Below the pieces are notes generated by a model, which worked only from the letters and a program-made list of their open reading frames with translations, did not search any database and was not told the origin of the DNA. Source: a virus. Taken from it: 64,000 nucleotides of DNA. This document shows positions 10,601 to 19,421 of the stretch, piece by piece. A program made the position numbers and the translations under genes. The stretch's first letter is position 1. Every line of letters starts with the position of its first letter. The stretch lies in IMG/VR virus record IMGVR_UViG_3300048914_000231, positions 50,063 to 114,062 of that record. The stretch is one strand, 5' to 3'.

Positions 10601-12213
10601 GTGCCGACGGTCGACACGCCGCCGCCCGAGCCGCCATCGCCGCCCGAGACCTTGAACTGGTCGATCAGGCCGACGAGATTGACCAGGCCTGCATCCGACA
10701 GCATGTTGGCGCCCGAGCCGACGCGACGCAGTGCGTTTTCCATGTCGGCCAGGTTGACCTTGCCGGCGGTGCCGATCATCGACTTGTTGAGCACGTCGAA
10801 GGTCTTGAGCATCGCGTCCGGATCGGCCGTCTGCTGGCGCATTTCGGTCACGCCGTAGATGTTGCGCAGCGTGGACTGCAGGTCGCCGTGGCCGGCGCCG
10901 AGCAGCTCCATGTTGTTGGCGGCCGAGATCGCGGCCGGCAGGGTCGCGTCGATCACGCTTTCGTGGTTGTAGCCGAGCGACGAGATCGCCGACATCTTCG
11001 ACTTGATCGCGTCCTTGGTCGAAACGACCCCCAGCTGGTCGCTGATCCTTTGCGCGTCCGCAAACAGCTTGTCTTCCTGAACCTTGGGCAGGTTCAGCGC
11101 CTGCACCATGATGCGCGCGCGCTGGTCATCGTCGGCCTCGCCGACCGACCTGCCGATACCCTGCTCGATCTTGGCGCCGGCATACATCTGCGCCATGCCG
11201 CGCCACATGTCGGCGATCATCTTGGCCTGGGCACGCTGTTCTTCCAGTTCCTGACGCTGGATGCGACGACGTTCTGCCGACGCCTCGCGCGCGGCGCGCA
11301 GGCGTTCTGCCTCCGCCTGACGGGCGGCGCGGACCTTTTCGGCCTCCGCCGTGCGCACGTCGCGCGCCTCTTCTTCGGCGTAGACCTTTTTCTGGCGCGC
11401 GAAGTCGGCAGCATTCTTGGCGGCGTCGCGCGCGGCCTGGGCTTCGCGCCGCGCGGCCATTTCACGAATGCGCGCGATTTCCGCGTCGTTACCCTTGCCG
11501 ACGGCTTTCGACACCCGGTCCATCTGCAGTTTGGCTTCAACGTTGCGCAGAATCGCCTGACGCTCGGCATCCAGCGACGAGATCGAGGAAATGCGCGCGG
11601 CCTGGGCCGTGCGGGTGCTGGCGATCAGGGCGTCGGTGGCGGCGATTTCGCGCCGTACCAGTTCGGCGTTCGCGTTCAGGCGTGCAGCCTCGCCCTCGTA
11701 GCCGGTAGCGGTGGCGCCGGAACCAGCCTTCTTGCTGCGACGCGCCTTTTCGGCGGCCAGTTCCGCGGCCATTGCCTCGGCGCGCATCTGCGACTCCAGC
11801 TTGCGCAGTTCGGCATGGGTCTTGATGCGCGAATCGAGCAGCTTCTTGTTGGAGTCGATTTCGTTTTCGAGCACCTTGAGCTTGGCGTCAATCTGCGCGG
11901 TCGCGGCAGCCTTGGCCTGGGTCGCGGCGTCCTTGACGCCCTTGCTGATGCTGGACATGCCACCCAGCAGATTTTTCTGCAACGACTCGACGGTCGTTGC
12001 CAGCGATTTGGACAGCGAGGCGAAGCCGTTGGCGAAGCCGGACATGCCGCTGGACATATCCTTCAGGCCGCCTTCAACCTTGCTGGTGGATTTGGTAAGG
12101 CCGTCCAGCTGACCGGACAGGCCTTTCACCTCTTCCTGATTCTTGCGGACCTTGACGCTGAATCCGCTGTCGTCCATCGAGAGAACGACCTTGATTTCCT
12201 TACCGATCGGCAT
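7660..12213 (-). CDS. Tape measure protein
   Basis: 1517 aa Ala-rich coiled coil, hydrophobic middle, C-terminal FANGG...YGEAGTEAYVPL. Confidence 0.93.
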   Translation of the reverse strand: MPIGKEIKVVLSMDDSGFSVKVRKNQEEVKGLSGQLDGLTKSTSKVEGGLKDMSSGMSGFANGFASLSKSLATTVESLQKNLLGGMSSISKGVKDAATQAKAAATAQIDAKLKVLENEIDSNKKLLDSRIKTHAELRKLESQMRAEAMAAELAAEKARRSKKAGSGATATGYEGEAARLNANAELVRREIAATDALIASTRTAQAARISSISSLDAERQAILRNVEAKLQMDRVSKAVGKGNDAEIARIREMAARREAQAARDAAKNAADFARQKKVYAEEEARDVRTAEAEKVRAARQAEAERLRAAREASAERRRIQRQELEEQRAQAKMIADMWRGMAQMYAGAKIEQGIGRSVGEADDDQRARIMVQALNLPKVQEDKLFADAQRISDQLGVVSTKDAIKSKMSAISSLGYNHESVIDATLPAAISAANNMELLGAGHGDLQSTLRNIYGVTEMRQQTADPDAMLKTFDVLNKSMIGTAGKVNLADMENALRRVGSGANMLSDAGLVNLVGLIDQFKVSGGDGGSGGGVSTVGTIIKMMQAYATGKTKSNKAVQETIGAGILDESGLDLSKDDAGVLKDAKNGSFKNVDLWLRDPVRAIQDMVPQIVAYTQKNRARFYKNGMDPNNVQDQMLAVQQYLQRLGITQSAVTAVTAVGTPAARERLEHQSQTINSADGVNKTAERLGGSYAANMQKFNAQLTNFKVIVGDTILPALTKLLEFGSRVVMMFREFGQNNQVAATLSVIGAGFAGVVLSVKGFMSMFGATGLMGVLRSLIGVGPAAAGSVGLIGSAFAALTKVFKVFGLVVLAFDIGTVIGNWLDSFDLFGTMTLTIGERIDNAITHIIANWRRLTLGGEGLMAWARHLVHLDSDEEYAGKKADIDRRSAINEHRYDATLITEESKKRQPVRLTPDKRVEQKVAEPKDKPNDKLTARIDNAAATSGKRRGDRDPLNEALYEEQGKMNAAKTKLDALVAGGETLETLRQEAIDLVEGKRKAGDYSVNHDKTKNPAADDPKIRQLKDETYQAMLYNEQIKAVTFANERVAASLYEANSAMNTLENGGLAKQTDAFKALNKELQRAEQRLGAGTSAFEKWNIAKGMALFNQARADNNTFALGYLDKNRQSKAELADTERERIRLRLEAERAAEDAQLNMRKKTLDDTYARERSLIAGATLGKESGIETEEQRTEMLLAIDEDYQRDRDNTDRIYNERRRLRAEQEARQMESATARMAREWQDVGRAVDQIGANAADSFVSMIVDSLNTGHLAVKDFIKKMLMEIASAKLKQALAEPLRQLSDAGGDWLKTNVFGMAKTGASDVAATAAAAQRVTADETTASASMQMGTTIYSQAIPALQMFAERLMTSGSGVSGGGFLGSLFGGGDMAAGATAAENSVGAGSVAEFMFANGGIMTSMGPLQLRKYANGGVANSPQVAIYGEAGTEAYVPLPDGRSIPVTMKGSTQAAGANVQVNVINQTSTPVNAQQGNARFDGKQMVLDVVLSAVTTPGPFRSGMKDALKG

Positions 12214-12228
12214 GCCTACCTCAAAAAG

Positions 12229-12582
12229 TTACTGGCCTGTGTTCTGGCCCGCCATCCTCTTGAGTTCGGCGAACCCATCTTCGTCGCGACGTGCGAGCAT
12301 TGGATTGACCTCGTCATCCATGCGCACGATGGTGCCGGCTTCCAGCACCAGAGCCTGCCTGAGAGTCGCAACATTCTCCGGCGTGCCTTGTGAAACCATA
12401 CTGAGCGTCAGACGCCGCTGATCGTCCCTGGCTTCGATTCGGTCGATGTTCCGGTTCATGGCCCAGAACGTTTTCAGGGGCAGTGCGCGGATTGCGTCAA
12501 ACCCCATGCCGTAGTAACCCATCACCCGACAGAAGAAGAACCCGAAATCGAGCTCCTCTACCTGCCGGTCTTCTACTTTCCC
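12229..12582 (-). CDS. Tail assembly chaperone, -1 frameshifted extension (gpGT-like)
   Basis: Frame is open from slippery GGGAAAG (12576-12582): KVEDRQVEELDFGFFFCRVMGYYG... Confidence 0.8.
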   Translation of the reverse strand, partial: GKVEDRQVEELDFGFFFCRVMGYYGMGFDAIRALPLKTFWAMNRNIDRIEARDDQRRLTLSMVSQGTPENVATLRQALVLEAGTIVRMDDEVNPMLARRDEDGFAELKRMAGQNTGQ

Positions 12583-12887
12583 GCTTCGTCGGCGACTTCC
12601 TCGGCGCCCTCGACATCGGCACCGCGCACGAATTCGGCGATCTGGTTGAGTTGCTCCAGCGTATATTTCCTCAGCTTCTCTTCCTTGAGCGTCGGCACCA
12701 GGCGCAGGATGGTCTTGACCGTGAAGCGCACCTGCGCTTCGACATCCTCGTGATCCATGGCCTTGACCGCCATCGTGGTCTCGATGAACGCATCGACGTC
12801 GATGCTGTTGATGGCGTGATCGACGCCGTCGACCTTCAGGAAGCGGCCCGTGGCGGGAGTGAATTTGTCCAGGTCGAGAAATTTCAT
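12573..12887 (-). CDS. Tail assembly chaperone (gpG-like)
   Basis: Between tail tube and TMP; ends GCG GGA AAG TAG. Confidence 0.85.
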   Translation of the reverse strand: MKFLDLDKFTPATGRFLKVDGVDHAINSIDVDAFIETTMAVKAMDHEDVEAQVRFTVKTILRLVPTLKEEKLRKYTLEQLNQIAEFVRGADVEGAEEVADEAGK

Positions 12888-12945
12888 GATGTCTCCTTGG
12901 GAGGATCAGCCCCGCCAGGGAGGCGGGGCTTGGGTTGCCGGCCGG

Positions 12946-13788
12946 TTACTGGCCGATGTAGAACAGCTTGTTGGTGGTCGGGTCCGGGTAGGCCTTGAAC
13001 TCGGCGTTGAACACGCGCTCGTCTTCCAGCTTGTACGCGAACGTCAGTGCGCCCGACGAAGCGGCCAGCGGAATGACAAAGTCGTCCGACTTGTCGTTGT
13101 CGGCCTTGCCCAGCGGGTGCAGGCGCAGTTCCTTGGCGATCGACAGCAGGTCGATGCCGATACCGGTCGACACGTCCACGCGCGCGGCGGTGACGGCAGT
13201 GCCGCCCGACAGGGTGGCGCCAGACACGGTGACCGATGCGCCGGCGGTGCCGGTTGCGATCGTGAAGGCGTTGCCGGCGGTGCCGCGCAGGTCGTAGGTC
13301 ACGGTGACGATGTTGGCTGCAGCGACGTAGTTGGCCAGGGCGATGGCCGGCACGCTCGACGCGTTCAGCACGGTGGCCAGGTTGGCTGCGGTGACGGCGG
13401 TGGTGCCGCCGATGGTGACGTCCAGCGGGCCGGCGGCGGCGGTCTTGAACGTGACCGTCTGGCCGTTGATCGTGATCGTCTGGCCGTTGGTCGGCTGGGT
13501 CGCGATGGTGACGGTGCCGGTTGCGAACACGCCGTCCGAGGTCAGGGTTGCGCCCGGCATCGTGGCCACGAGGTTGTCCAGCGTGGTTTCAGCCAGCGGG
13601 GCCTTCACGGTGCACTGGCGGCCCATGATGTATTCGTTGATCGGGGTCTTGCCGAACTGGTCGACGTTGACCTCGTGGGTGTCGGTTTTCACCTCCACCT
13701 CGACGCCACCCTTGGTGTAGCCGAGATCCGTTCCGTTGAACAGAACGCGGCACACGCCAAGCTTGACGTTTTTAGTATCGCTTGCCAT
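12946..13788 (-). CDS. Major tail (tube) protein
   Basis: NVKLGVC, DLGYTKGGVEV, VDQFG, LAETTLDNL motifs. Confidence 0.9.
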   Translation of the reverse strand: MASDTKNVKLGVCRVLFNGTDLGYTKGGVEVEVKTDTHEVNVDQFGKTPINEYIMGRQCTVKAPLAETTLDNLVATMPGATLTSDGVFATGTVTIATQPTNGQTITINGQTVTFKTAAAGPLDVTIGGTTAVTAANLATVLNASSVPAIALANYVAAANIVTVTYDLRGTAGNAFTIATGTAGASVTVSGATLSGGTAVTAARVDVSTGIGIDLLSIAKELRLHPLGKADNDKSDDFVIPLAASSGALTFAYKLEDERVFNAEFKAYPDPTTNKLFYIGQ

Positions 13789-13857
13789 CTAAAACTCCTT
13801 TGCAAAGGTATAAGTCAGTACTGACTGACGGAATATATCACAAAAGTGGACAGTTTC

Positions 13858-14334
13858 CTACATGAAGTCACGCAGAATGTCCACCAGTTCCGCATCAATG
13901 GTGGCGTCGATTTCCGCTTCCACCGCACGGTCCATGAAAGCACCACCAACCTGCACGTCGACGGTTTCCTGCTTCAGGCGCGACCGGTCGCCCAGCTGCA
14001 TCAGGCCGGCCGGCTCCAGGTGCTCGTGAATCTCGTAGGCGTAGTCGCCCACGGTATGGCCGGGCCGCTCCGGCACTTCCATGTCGGTGTCGATGTAGAC
14101 CTCGACTTCGGAGCGCTGAAAACGACCAAAGGCGTCGCGCTCGCGCCCGCCGTCGCCGCGCACCTTGATCGCCGCTTCCAGGTTGCCGTGTTCTTCCGGC
14201 GCCATCTTGCGCGCGGTGTCGCGAATCCTGTAGGCGCGCCTGATCAGGACATTCATCACGCGGCGCTTGGCGGTGGTGTCCAGGCGGATGAACATCTGCC
14301 CGGCCGATACGAGGCCTTCGATCTTCACCGGCAT
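13858..14334 (-). CDS. Neck / tail completion protein (HK97 gp10-like)
   Basis: ARKMAPEEHGNLEAAI, YAYEIHE, FMDRAV. Confidence 0.75.
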   Translation of the reverse strand: MPVKIEGLVSAGQMFIRLDTTAKRRVMNVLIRRAYRIRDTARKMAPEEHGNLEAAIKVRGDGGRERDAFGRFQRSEVEVYIDTDMEVPERPGHTVGDYAYEIHEHLEPAGLMQLGDRSRLKQETVDVQVGGAFMDRAVEAEIDATIDAELVDILRDFM

Positions 14335-14336
14335 GG

Positions 14337-14723
14337 TCACTCCTTCACGAAGCAGCAATCGAACATCAGGTTGAATTCGATCAGGTTGCCTTTCGAGAGC
14401 GGGAATGGCGTCGGCTCGGTACGCGGGCGGCAATAGTTGAAGAAATGGTTTTCGACCTGCGTTTCCATCATGGTCAGGGCGCTCATGATGTCGCGCGTCA
14501 GTTCCTCGCCGGTGTCGAAGCTGGCCGCCGGCACGCGCACGATCAGCTGGAATTCGGTCTTGAAGAAGCCCGGCAGTTCGTAGTTGATCGCGGTGCCGGT
14601 CAGCGGCGTGCGCAGCAGGACGGCTTTCTCCGCCTCGGCCGGCATCATGTGCACGAACAGGTCGGTGCCCTGCGTGCCCAGGCCCCTGTCCTGCAGCAGG
14701 TTAGCAAGCGGCATCAGGTTCAT
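14337..14723 (-). CDS. Tail terminator / minor capsid-family protein
   Basis: Position; GTDLFVHMMP, FQLIVR. Confidence 0.7.
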   Translation of the reverse strand: MNLMPLANLLQDRGLGTQGTDLFVHMMPAEAEKAVLLRTPLTGTAINYELPGFFKTEFQLIVRVPAASFDTGEELTRDIMSALTMMETQVENHFFNYCRPRTEPTPFPLSKGNLIEFNLMFDCCFVKE

Positions 14724-15070
14724 TCTTTACCCCACATGGTGGCGTTGATCTCGTAATGATCCAGGCGCATGTCGACATCGAAACGCGGCTGCCGGCCGGT
14801 GATGCGCAGCTTGTAACCGGCCACGATGATGATGTCGTCGATCTGCGCGCGCGTGCTGGCGCCCAGCAGGATCACCGACTGCGCCTCCATTTCCTGCGCG
14901 GTGCCGCGCGAGGCAGACGAGTCGGCGCGCACGCTGGACTTTTCATTGCTGATGACAAGCTTGACCACGGCGCACTTCTCGCCCACCAGCGGGCCCGGGA
15001 TGGGCTGGCCGCGCACGTCGTTCTTGCCGGAGGCCAGCTGGATCTTACAGGGTAGGGTTGGTCGGAACAT
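14720..15070 (-). CDS. Head closure / head-tail adaptor
   Basis: Position; start trimmed to MFRPTLPC; SVRADSSASRG. Confidence 0.65.
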   Translation of the reverse strand: MFRPTLPCKIQLASGKNDVRGQPIPGPLVGEKCAVVKLVISNEKSSVRADSSASRGTAQEMEAQSVILLGASTRAQIDDIIIVAGYKLRITGRQPRFDVDMRLDHYEINATMWGKE

Positions 15071-15707
15071 GGGTCTGAATCCTTGCACTGCCATTGACGT
15101 GGAAAATCTGCCTGCGGCCGGCAACCGCTTCGGCCAGGTCGAGCACCGTATTGCGCGCCGGATCGGCGTACACGACGGCGACCCTGTCAGCCCCGAGCGC
15201 CGCAGCGCGCGCCAGCATGACATCGACATAGGTCTGGTAGGCGAAGTCGCGTGCCAGCAGCGACACCAGCTTGGCGGCATCCCATGCGCGGCCGGCGCTG
15301 TCGCGCGCGGTGAAGTGCGGCCGGCTCATCTTCTGCTGCAGCAGCAGGCCGACGGCGCCGGCCGGCTGGGTGAGCAAATCGGCGGGACGCTGCAGCCCGA
15401 GGCCCATCATGCGCACGATCAGGTCGTTCAGGTTCTTGACCGCGATACGCTGCAAATCAGCCCGCCAGTACGTCTCACGCTCGCCCACGCCCGATCCATC
15501 GGGCAGTTCGTTGAGGTAGCGCCCGGTCATCGCATGGACGCTGTTCATGAGCGTGTCGAGCAGCCCCAGACCGCGCTGGCGCAGTTCGGTAACGGCGTCA
15601 GGGCCGCGGCCGGCGGCCTTGAATCCAAGGTACGTGCCGGTCAGCGCCAGCACGTACACGTCATAGGCGGCGCGCACTTCGGCGCCGTACTGGTCATGGT
15701 TCATCAT
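15045..15707 (-). CDS. Head morphogenesis-associated hypothetical protein
   Basis: Coupled ORF, start MMNHDQ; DSAGRAW and FHVN motifs loosely like minor head proteins. Confidence 0.55.
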   Translation of the reverse strand: MMNHDQYGAEVRAAYDVYVLALTGTYLGFKAAGRGPDAVTELRQRGLGLLDTLMNSVHAMTGRYLNELPDGSGVGERETYWRADLQRIAVKNLNDLIVRMMGLGLQRPADLLTQPAGAVGLLLQQKMSRPHFTARDSAGRAWDAAKLVSLLARDFAYQTYVDVMLARAAALGADRVAVVYADPARNTVLDLAEAVAGRRQIFHVNGSARIQTHVPTNPTL

Positions 15708-16531
15708 GCGCGCGCGATCATCAGGGCAAACGAGACGTAGCCGGACAGGTAGCGCAGCGCCGCGCGCGACACCGGCAGGTCGAGCGGCTTGCCTTGACGG
15801 AACATCTGGCGTGATTCGCCGATATTGTCCTGAATCAGGCCGTCGCGACGTTTCTGGTCGATGGTCGAGCCGCCGAGGATTTCGTTGGCTTCGCACAGCT
15901 GGGCGTTGCGCAGCGCCGCCATGAACTCGACCGGCAGGTTCTGGTACTGGTCCGGACGCAGCAGTGACAGGTCGCCGGCGATCCCGTTACCGCCGATCCA
16001 GCTGGTGTCGCGCGACCCCTCGAAGCCATAAAACAGGCTGGACTGGTCGCGGTAACGGTCGATGTCGGTAAAGCGCAGGCGCAACACGCGGCGCCAGGCT
16101 TCGACCAGCGCCCGAATGCGGCCCTGCTCGTCGGCGCCATCCCAGCCGTCCAGACCAGGCATGGTCAGGGCGACGAACTGGGCCTGCACATAGCTCATGA
16201 ACGAATTGACGCCCATGAGCAGGGCCTCGTTCGCCTGGATCGCGTAGAACGCCGTCTTGCGCACCGTATTGCCGCCGACTTCGCAGTCGAGCATGACCTG
16301 ACGCATGTCCTGGGTCTGGCCGGCGGCCAGGGCGTTCTTTTCCGCCGGCACGACGACGACGGCCGTCTCGGAGTCCGGCACGAAGTCCGCGAGCGGGGTC
16401 GGCGGAATGATCTCGACGCCATTGACGTCGATGACGCTGTAGCTGATGGAAGTGACCGCCAGGGCGTTGCCGTCCTTGTCGGTCAGCGGCACCTCCAGCG
16501 ATACGTCTGTGTTGGCGGAAAAGATGTCCAT
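15704..16531 (-). CDS. Head-tail connector protein
   Basis: GVNSFMSY, ALRNAQLCEA, IGESRQMF. Confidence 0.7.
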   Translation of the reverse strand: MDIFSANTDVSLEVPLTDKDGNALAVTSISYSVIDVNGVEIIPPTPLADFVPDSETAVVVVPAEKNALAAGQTQDMRQVMLDCEVGGNTVRKTAFYAIQANEALLMGVNSFMSYVQAQFVALTMPGLDGWDGADEQGRIRALVEAWRRVLRLRFTDIDRYRDQSSLFYGFEGSRDTSWIGGNGIAGDLSLLRPDQYQNLPVEFMAALRNAQLCEANEILGGSTIDQKRRDGLIQDNIGESRQMFRQGKPLDLPVSRAALRYLSGYVSFALMIARA

Positions 16532-16534
16532 CGA

Positions 16535-16969
16535 TTAACCCTGTTTGGCGAGGATGTCGTCGATCAGGCCGGTGACGGAATTGTTCTTGACGCCGATGGC
16601 GTCACCGATGGCGCGCAACCCCTTGATGCCCTGCTTGTCGGCGATGTCTTCCAGTTCGGCGCGGCCGTACTTCTTGGCCGCCATCGCGAATGCGCTTTCC
16701 TGCGCCTGGTTGGCATTGATGATCATGGCCAGCGCCTCGTCGGCGTTGATCTCGCGCGGCATGTTGGACAGGTTGCTGTGCGAATGGTCCAGCAGCGACT
16801 GGGCCACAGACGCGGTTGTGCCGTCTTCCCACTCGCACAGAAACTGCGCGGCCAGACGTACGGCATCCTGCGGGCGCACGTCGGCGGTGGACAGACCGTC
16901 GACGAAGAACGTCGTGCCCATCTGGCCGGTGTAGGTATCGAAGCCCGGCTGGGTGAGGCGAATTTTCAT
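16535..16969 (-). CDS. Capsid-associated hypothetical protein (paralog of 16979-17293)
   Basis: Shared MKIRLTQPG..TG..G...F..GLS N-terminus. Confidence 0.75.
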   Translation of the reverse strand: MKIRLTQPGFDTYTGQMGTTFFVDGLSTADVRPQDAVRLAAQFLCEWEDGTTASVAQSLLDHSHSNLSNMPREINADEALAMIINANQAQESAFAMAAKKYGRAELEDIADKQGIKGLRAIGDAIGVKNNSVTGLIDDILAKQG

Positions 16970-16978
16970 GACTGCTCC

Positions 16979-17293
16979 TTATACGGGGTCGGCTTCCGGC
17001 GTGCCTGGCGGCTGGTCGACCGGTTCGACGTCGGTGTTGTCGGTGTTGGCGGGTGCGGGTTCATTGGCCACGTCCGGGTCGCCGGTGGTGTCGCGCACCA
17101 CGATGGAAGGGTCGGTAACGTCGAACTGACCCACGTCGATATCGTCCTCGACACGGTCGCACTGGATCAGGTTGGCGATGCCGGCGGCGGTTTCGATACT
17201 CACTTCGTCATCGGACAGTCCGTTGGTGAAGGTCAGGCTGCCAAAGAGGCCGGTGAAGCTTTCGTAGCCGGGCTGGGTAAGGCGAATTTTCAT
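16979..17293 (-). CDS. Capsid-associated hypothetical protein with acidic tail
   Basis: Same N-terminus; directly after the capsid terminator. Confidence 0.75.
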   Translation of the reverse strand: MKIRLTQPGYESFTGLFGSLTFTNGLSDDEVSIETAAGIANLIQCDRVEDDIDVGQFDVTDPSIVVRDTTGDPDVANEPAPANTDNTDVEPVDQPPGTPEADPV

Positions 17294-17310
17294 CTTGTCC
17301 TCTGGATGTG

Positions 17311-17336
17311 AAAAAGGCGGGCCGAAGCCCGCCTTT
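17311..17336 (-). terminator. Intrinsic terminator after major capsid gene
   Basis: AAAGGCGGGC-TTCG-GCCCGCCTTTTT on minus strand. Confidence 0.85.
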
Positions 17337-17371
17337 CATTCTAAATCAGTGCTGACTTAGCAGCAACCGCG

Positions 17372-18307
17372 TTAGATGTTGGTGACGCCCTGCAGGCCGG
17401 CGATCGAACGGGTCGATTTCAGGGCCAGGCCGGTGTACCACTTCAGACGGATGCGGGTAGCATCCTTGTTCTGCACCGTGCCGATGTTCTCGACCACGAT
17501 ACCGGCGTTGTCGCCGCCGTACAGACCGTGCAGACCGTCGTGCTCGTTCAGGCGCAGCGCGTACACCGTCGTGGTGTTGCCGACCGACGTACCCTTGGTC
17601 TCGGCGCCGGACAGGAACTCGTTCATGATGATCGGGATGCCGTTGTGGGTCAGCATCGGACGACCGAAGTTTTCCATCATCTGCATGACGGCATCGGTGC
17701 CGTACGTGGCGCGCAGCAGGGCGCGGTACGCACGGATGGTGCCGCGACGCATCACGATGACGTCGGCGCCATTCGGCACGGCGTCGCACAGTTCGTCCAG
17801 CATCGACAGCGTCAGGGCGTTGCCGTTGGTGCCGGCCGACACGACCTGCGAACCGCCGGCGGTAGCGGCATAAGCCTGGGCCTGGGTCAGCAGAACCGGC
17901 AGACCGTCGAAGATTTTCGAGTTGGTGCCCGAGTTACCGGTGGCCAGGGCGCGATGGAACTCGCGGCCGACCGTCTTGGCCTTCTTCTGGATCTGGATCG
18001 CCATCTGGGCGTTCTGGTCGCTCATGGTGCCCGACAGGAATTTGTCGACGTCCACGTCGCCTGCCAGGATGCGCAGTTTGGTCGTGACTTCCTGGAAGGT
18101 CGCTGCCGACTCGTTCACAGGATCGTTCGGATCGAGCCAGTCGGCGCTGCCGATGGTCGCTTCACGGTTGTACAGGTAGGCCTTGCCGTCGGTTTTCACG
18201 AACGGCAGGACGGAGAAAAGGTCATCGCGGTCGATGATTTCGTCGATGACGCCCGAGACCATGTCATTTTGGCTCAGACGCTCGGCTTCTACGCGCAGCA
18301 AAGGCAT
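17372..18307 (-). CDS. Major capsid protein (HK97 fold)
   Basis: LPF...GKAYLYNRE, ILAGDVDVDKF, FDGL, RLKWYTGLALKS. Confidence 0.92.
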   Translation of the reverse strand: MPLLRVEAERLSQNDMVSGVIDEIIDRDDLFSVLPFVKTDGKAYLYNREATIGSADWLDPNDPVNESAATFQEVTTKLRILAGDVDVDKFLSGTMSDQNAQMAIQIQKKAKTVGREFHRALATGNSGTNSKIFDGLPVLLTQAQAYAATAGGSQVVSAGTNGNALTLSMLDELCDAVPNGADVIVMRRGTIRAYRALLRATYGTDAVMQMMENFGRPMLTHNGIPIIMNEFLSGAETKGTSVGNTTTVYALRLNEHDGLHGLYGGDNAGIVVENIGTVQNKDATRIRLKWYTGLALKSTRSIAGLQGVTNI

Positions 18308-18386
18308 TTCATATCCTCAAAAGGAGTTGAACGGAACAATTTGGGTAGTTCGGGCCTAAGTCGCTCTAGTCACCGATTGGGAGGCA

Positions 18387-18428
18387 ACAATAGCTTATGT
18401 TGCCTCCTTTGTCAAGTCAGTGCTGACT
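18387..18428 (-). promoter_or_regulatory. Sigma70-type capsid promoter with abutting operator
   Basis: TTGACA-17 bp-TATTGT with AGTCA-GCAC-TGACT touching the -35 box. Confidence 0.7.
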
Positions 18429-18448
18429 TATCTACGGGCCCGAACGAA

Positions 18449-19342
18449 TTACATGGGCTTTTGTGCCAGCAGATTCAGGTTCGCCAGGCCGGCAGCGATC
18501 TTGCTGGCCGGGTCGGTCGGCTTGGCCTGGGTTGCGGGCTGGGCGGTGCGCTGGCTGATCGAACCGGCGCCGGCCTTCATCTTCGAGCGCAGCAGCGAAT
18601 CCTTGTCCGGGTCGGCGTCGATGATCTTGCGCAGCGCGTCCTCGAAACCGACGTTGTTGCCGAACTGGTCGACCAGCGGCGTGCGGCCGGCGGCGCCGCG
18701 CGGCTTGTCGTATGCGACGACCTGGCCGTCGACCGTGTCGAAGTGGGCGCCATAGATCGTACGCGCCTTGGTCGGGGTCAGGGTCAGTTCCTCGCCGATG
18801 AACTTGGACTGGGCAAACTGGGAACCGATCGCCAGTTCCTCGATCTGGCGCTGGGCCGCGGCCAGCTGCTCGGCCAGGGTCTGCTTTTCGGTCTGGATCG
18901 TCGACATCGCCTTGGTGTGTTCCTCGGCCATGCGCGCCTTCAGCGTTTCGAAATCACCCTTGGCGGCCAGCTGCGCTTCTTCCGCACTCTTGCGTTCGGC
19001 GATCAGCTTTCTGATCTCGGCCGGGTCAACGCCGTCGAATTCAGCCAGACGCGCCTTTGCGGCGGCGGCATCTTCCTCGGCCTTCTTCAGGGCTTCCTTC
19101 TTCTGCATCACTTCCTTGAGCAGCTTGGCTTCGGCGTCGGTGGGCTGGTTGCCCTTCCTGGCCGCTTCCTCGGCGGCGGCTTTATCTGCGGCAGCCTTGT
19201 CGGCGGCGGCTTTTTCGGCCGCGGCTTTTTCTTCCGCCGTCGGTTCAGCGCCGCCCGAGCCGCCGGACGAACCGCCGGTGCCATCGTTGGCCTGATCCAT
19301 GAAGCGGCGACCGCCTGGGAATTTCCAGTATTTCGGGTGCAT
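18449..19342 (-). CDS. Capsid scaffolding protein
   Basis: Coiled coil, AEKAAA repeats, LLKEVMQKK; between portal and capsid. Confidence 0.85.
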   Translation of the reverse strand: MHPKYWKFPGGRRFMDQANDGTGGSSGGSGGAEPTAEEKAAAEKAAADKAAADKAAAEEAARKGNQPTDAEAKLLKEVMQKKEALKKAEEDAAAAKARLAEFDGVDPAEIRKLIAERKSAEEAQLAAKGDFETLKARMAEEHTKAMSTIQTEKQTLAEQLAAAQRQIEELAIGSQFAQSKFIGEELTLTPTKARTIYGAHFDTVDGQVVAYDKPRGAAGRTPLVDQFGNNVGFEDALRKIIDADPDKDSLLRSKMKAGAGSISQRTAQPATQAKPTDPASKIAAGLANLNLLAQKPM

Positions 19343-19421
19343 CGTTTGCCTTTCTGACCTATCTCTCGGTCATCGGTGAGTAATGCGGCGCCTGTTCTCT
19401 CAGACGGCCGCGGTTGATGAA

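Noticed and set aside
9199-12393. 1064-aa plus-strand ORF and many other long antisense ORFs
   Set aside because: Shadow frames of GC-rich genes on the opposite strand; no motifs or RBS
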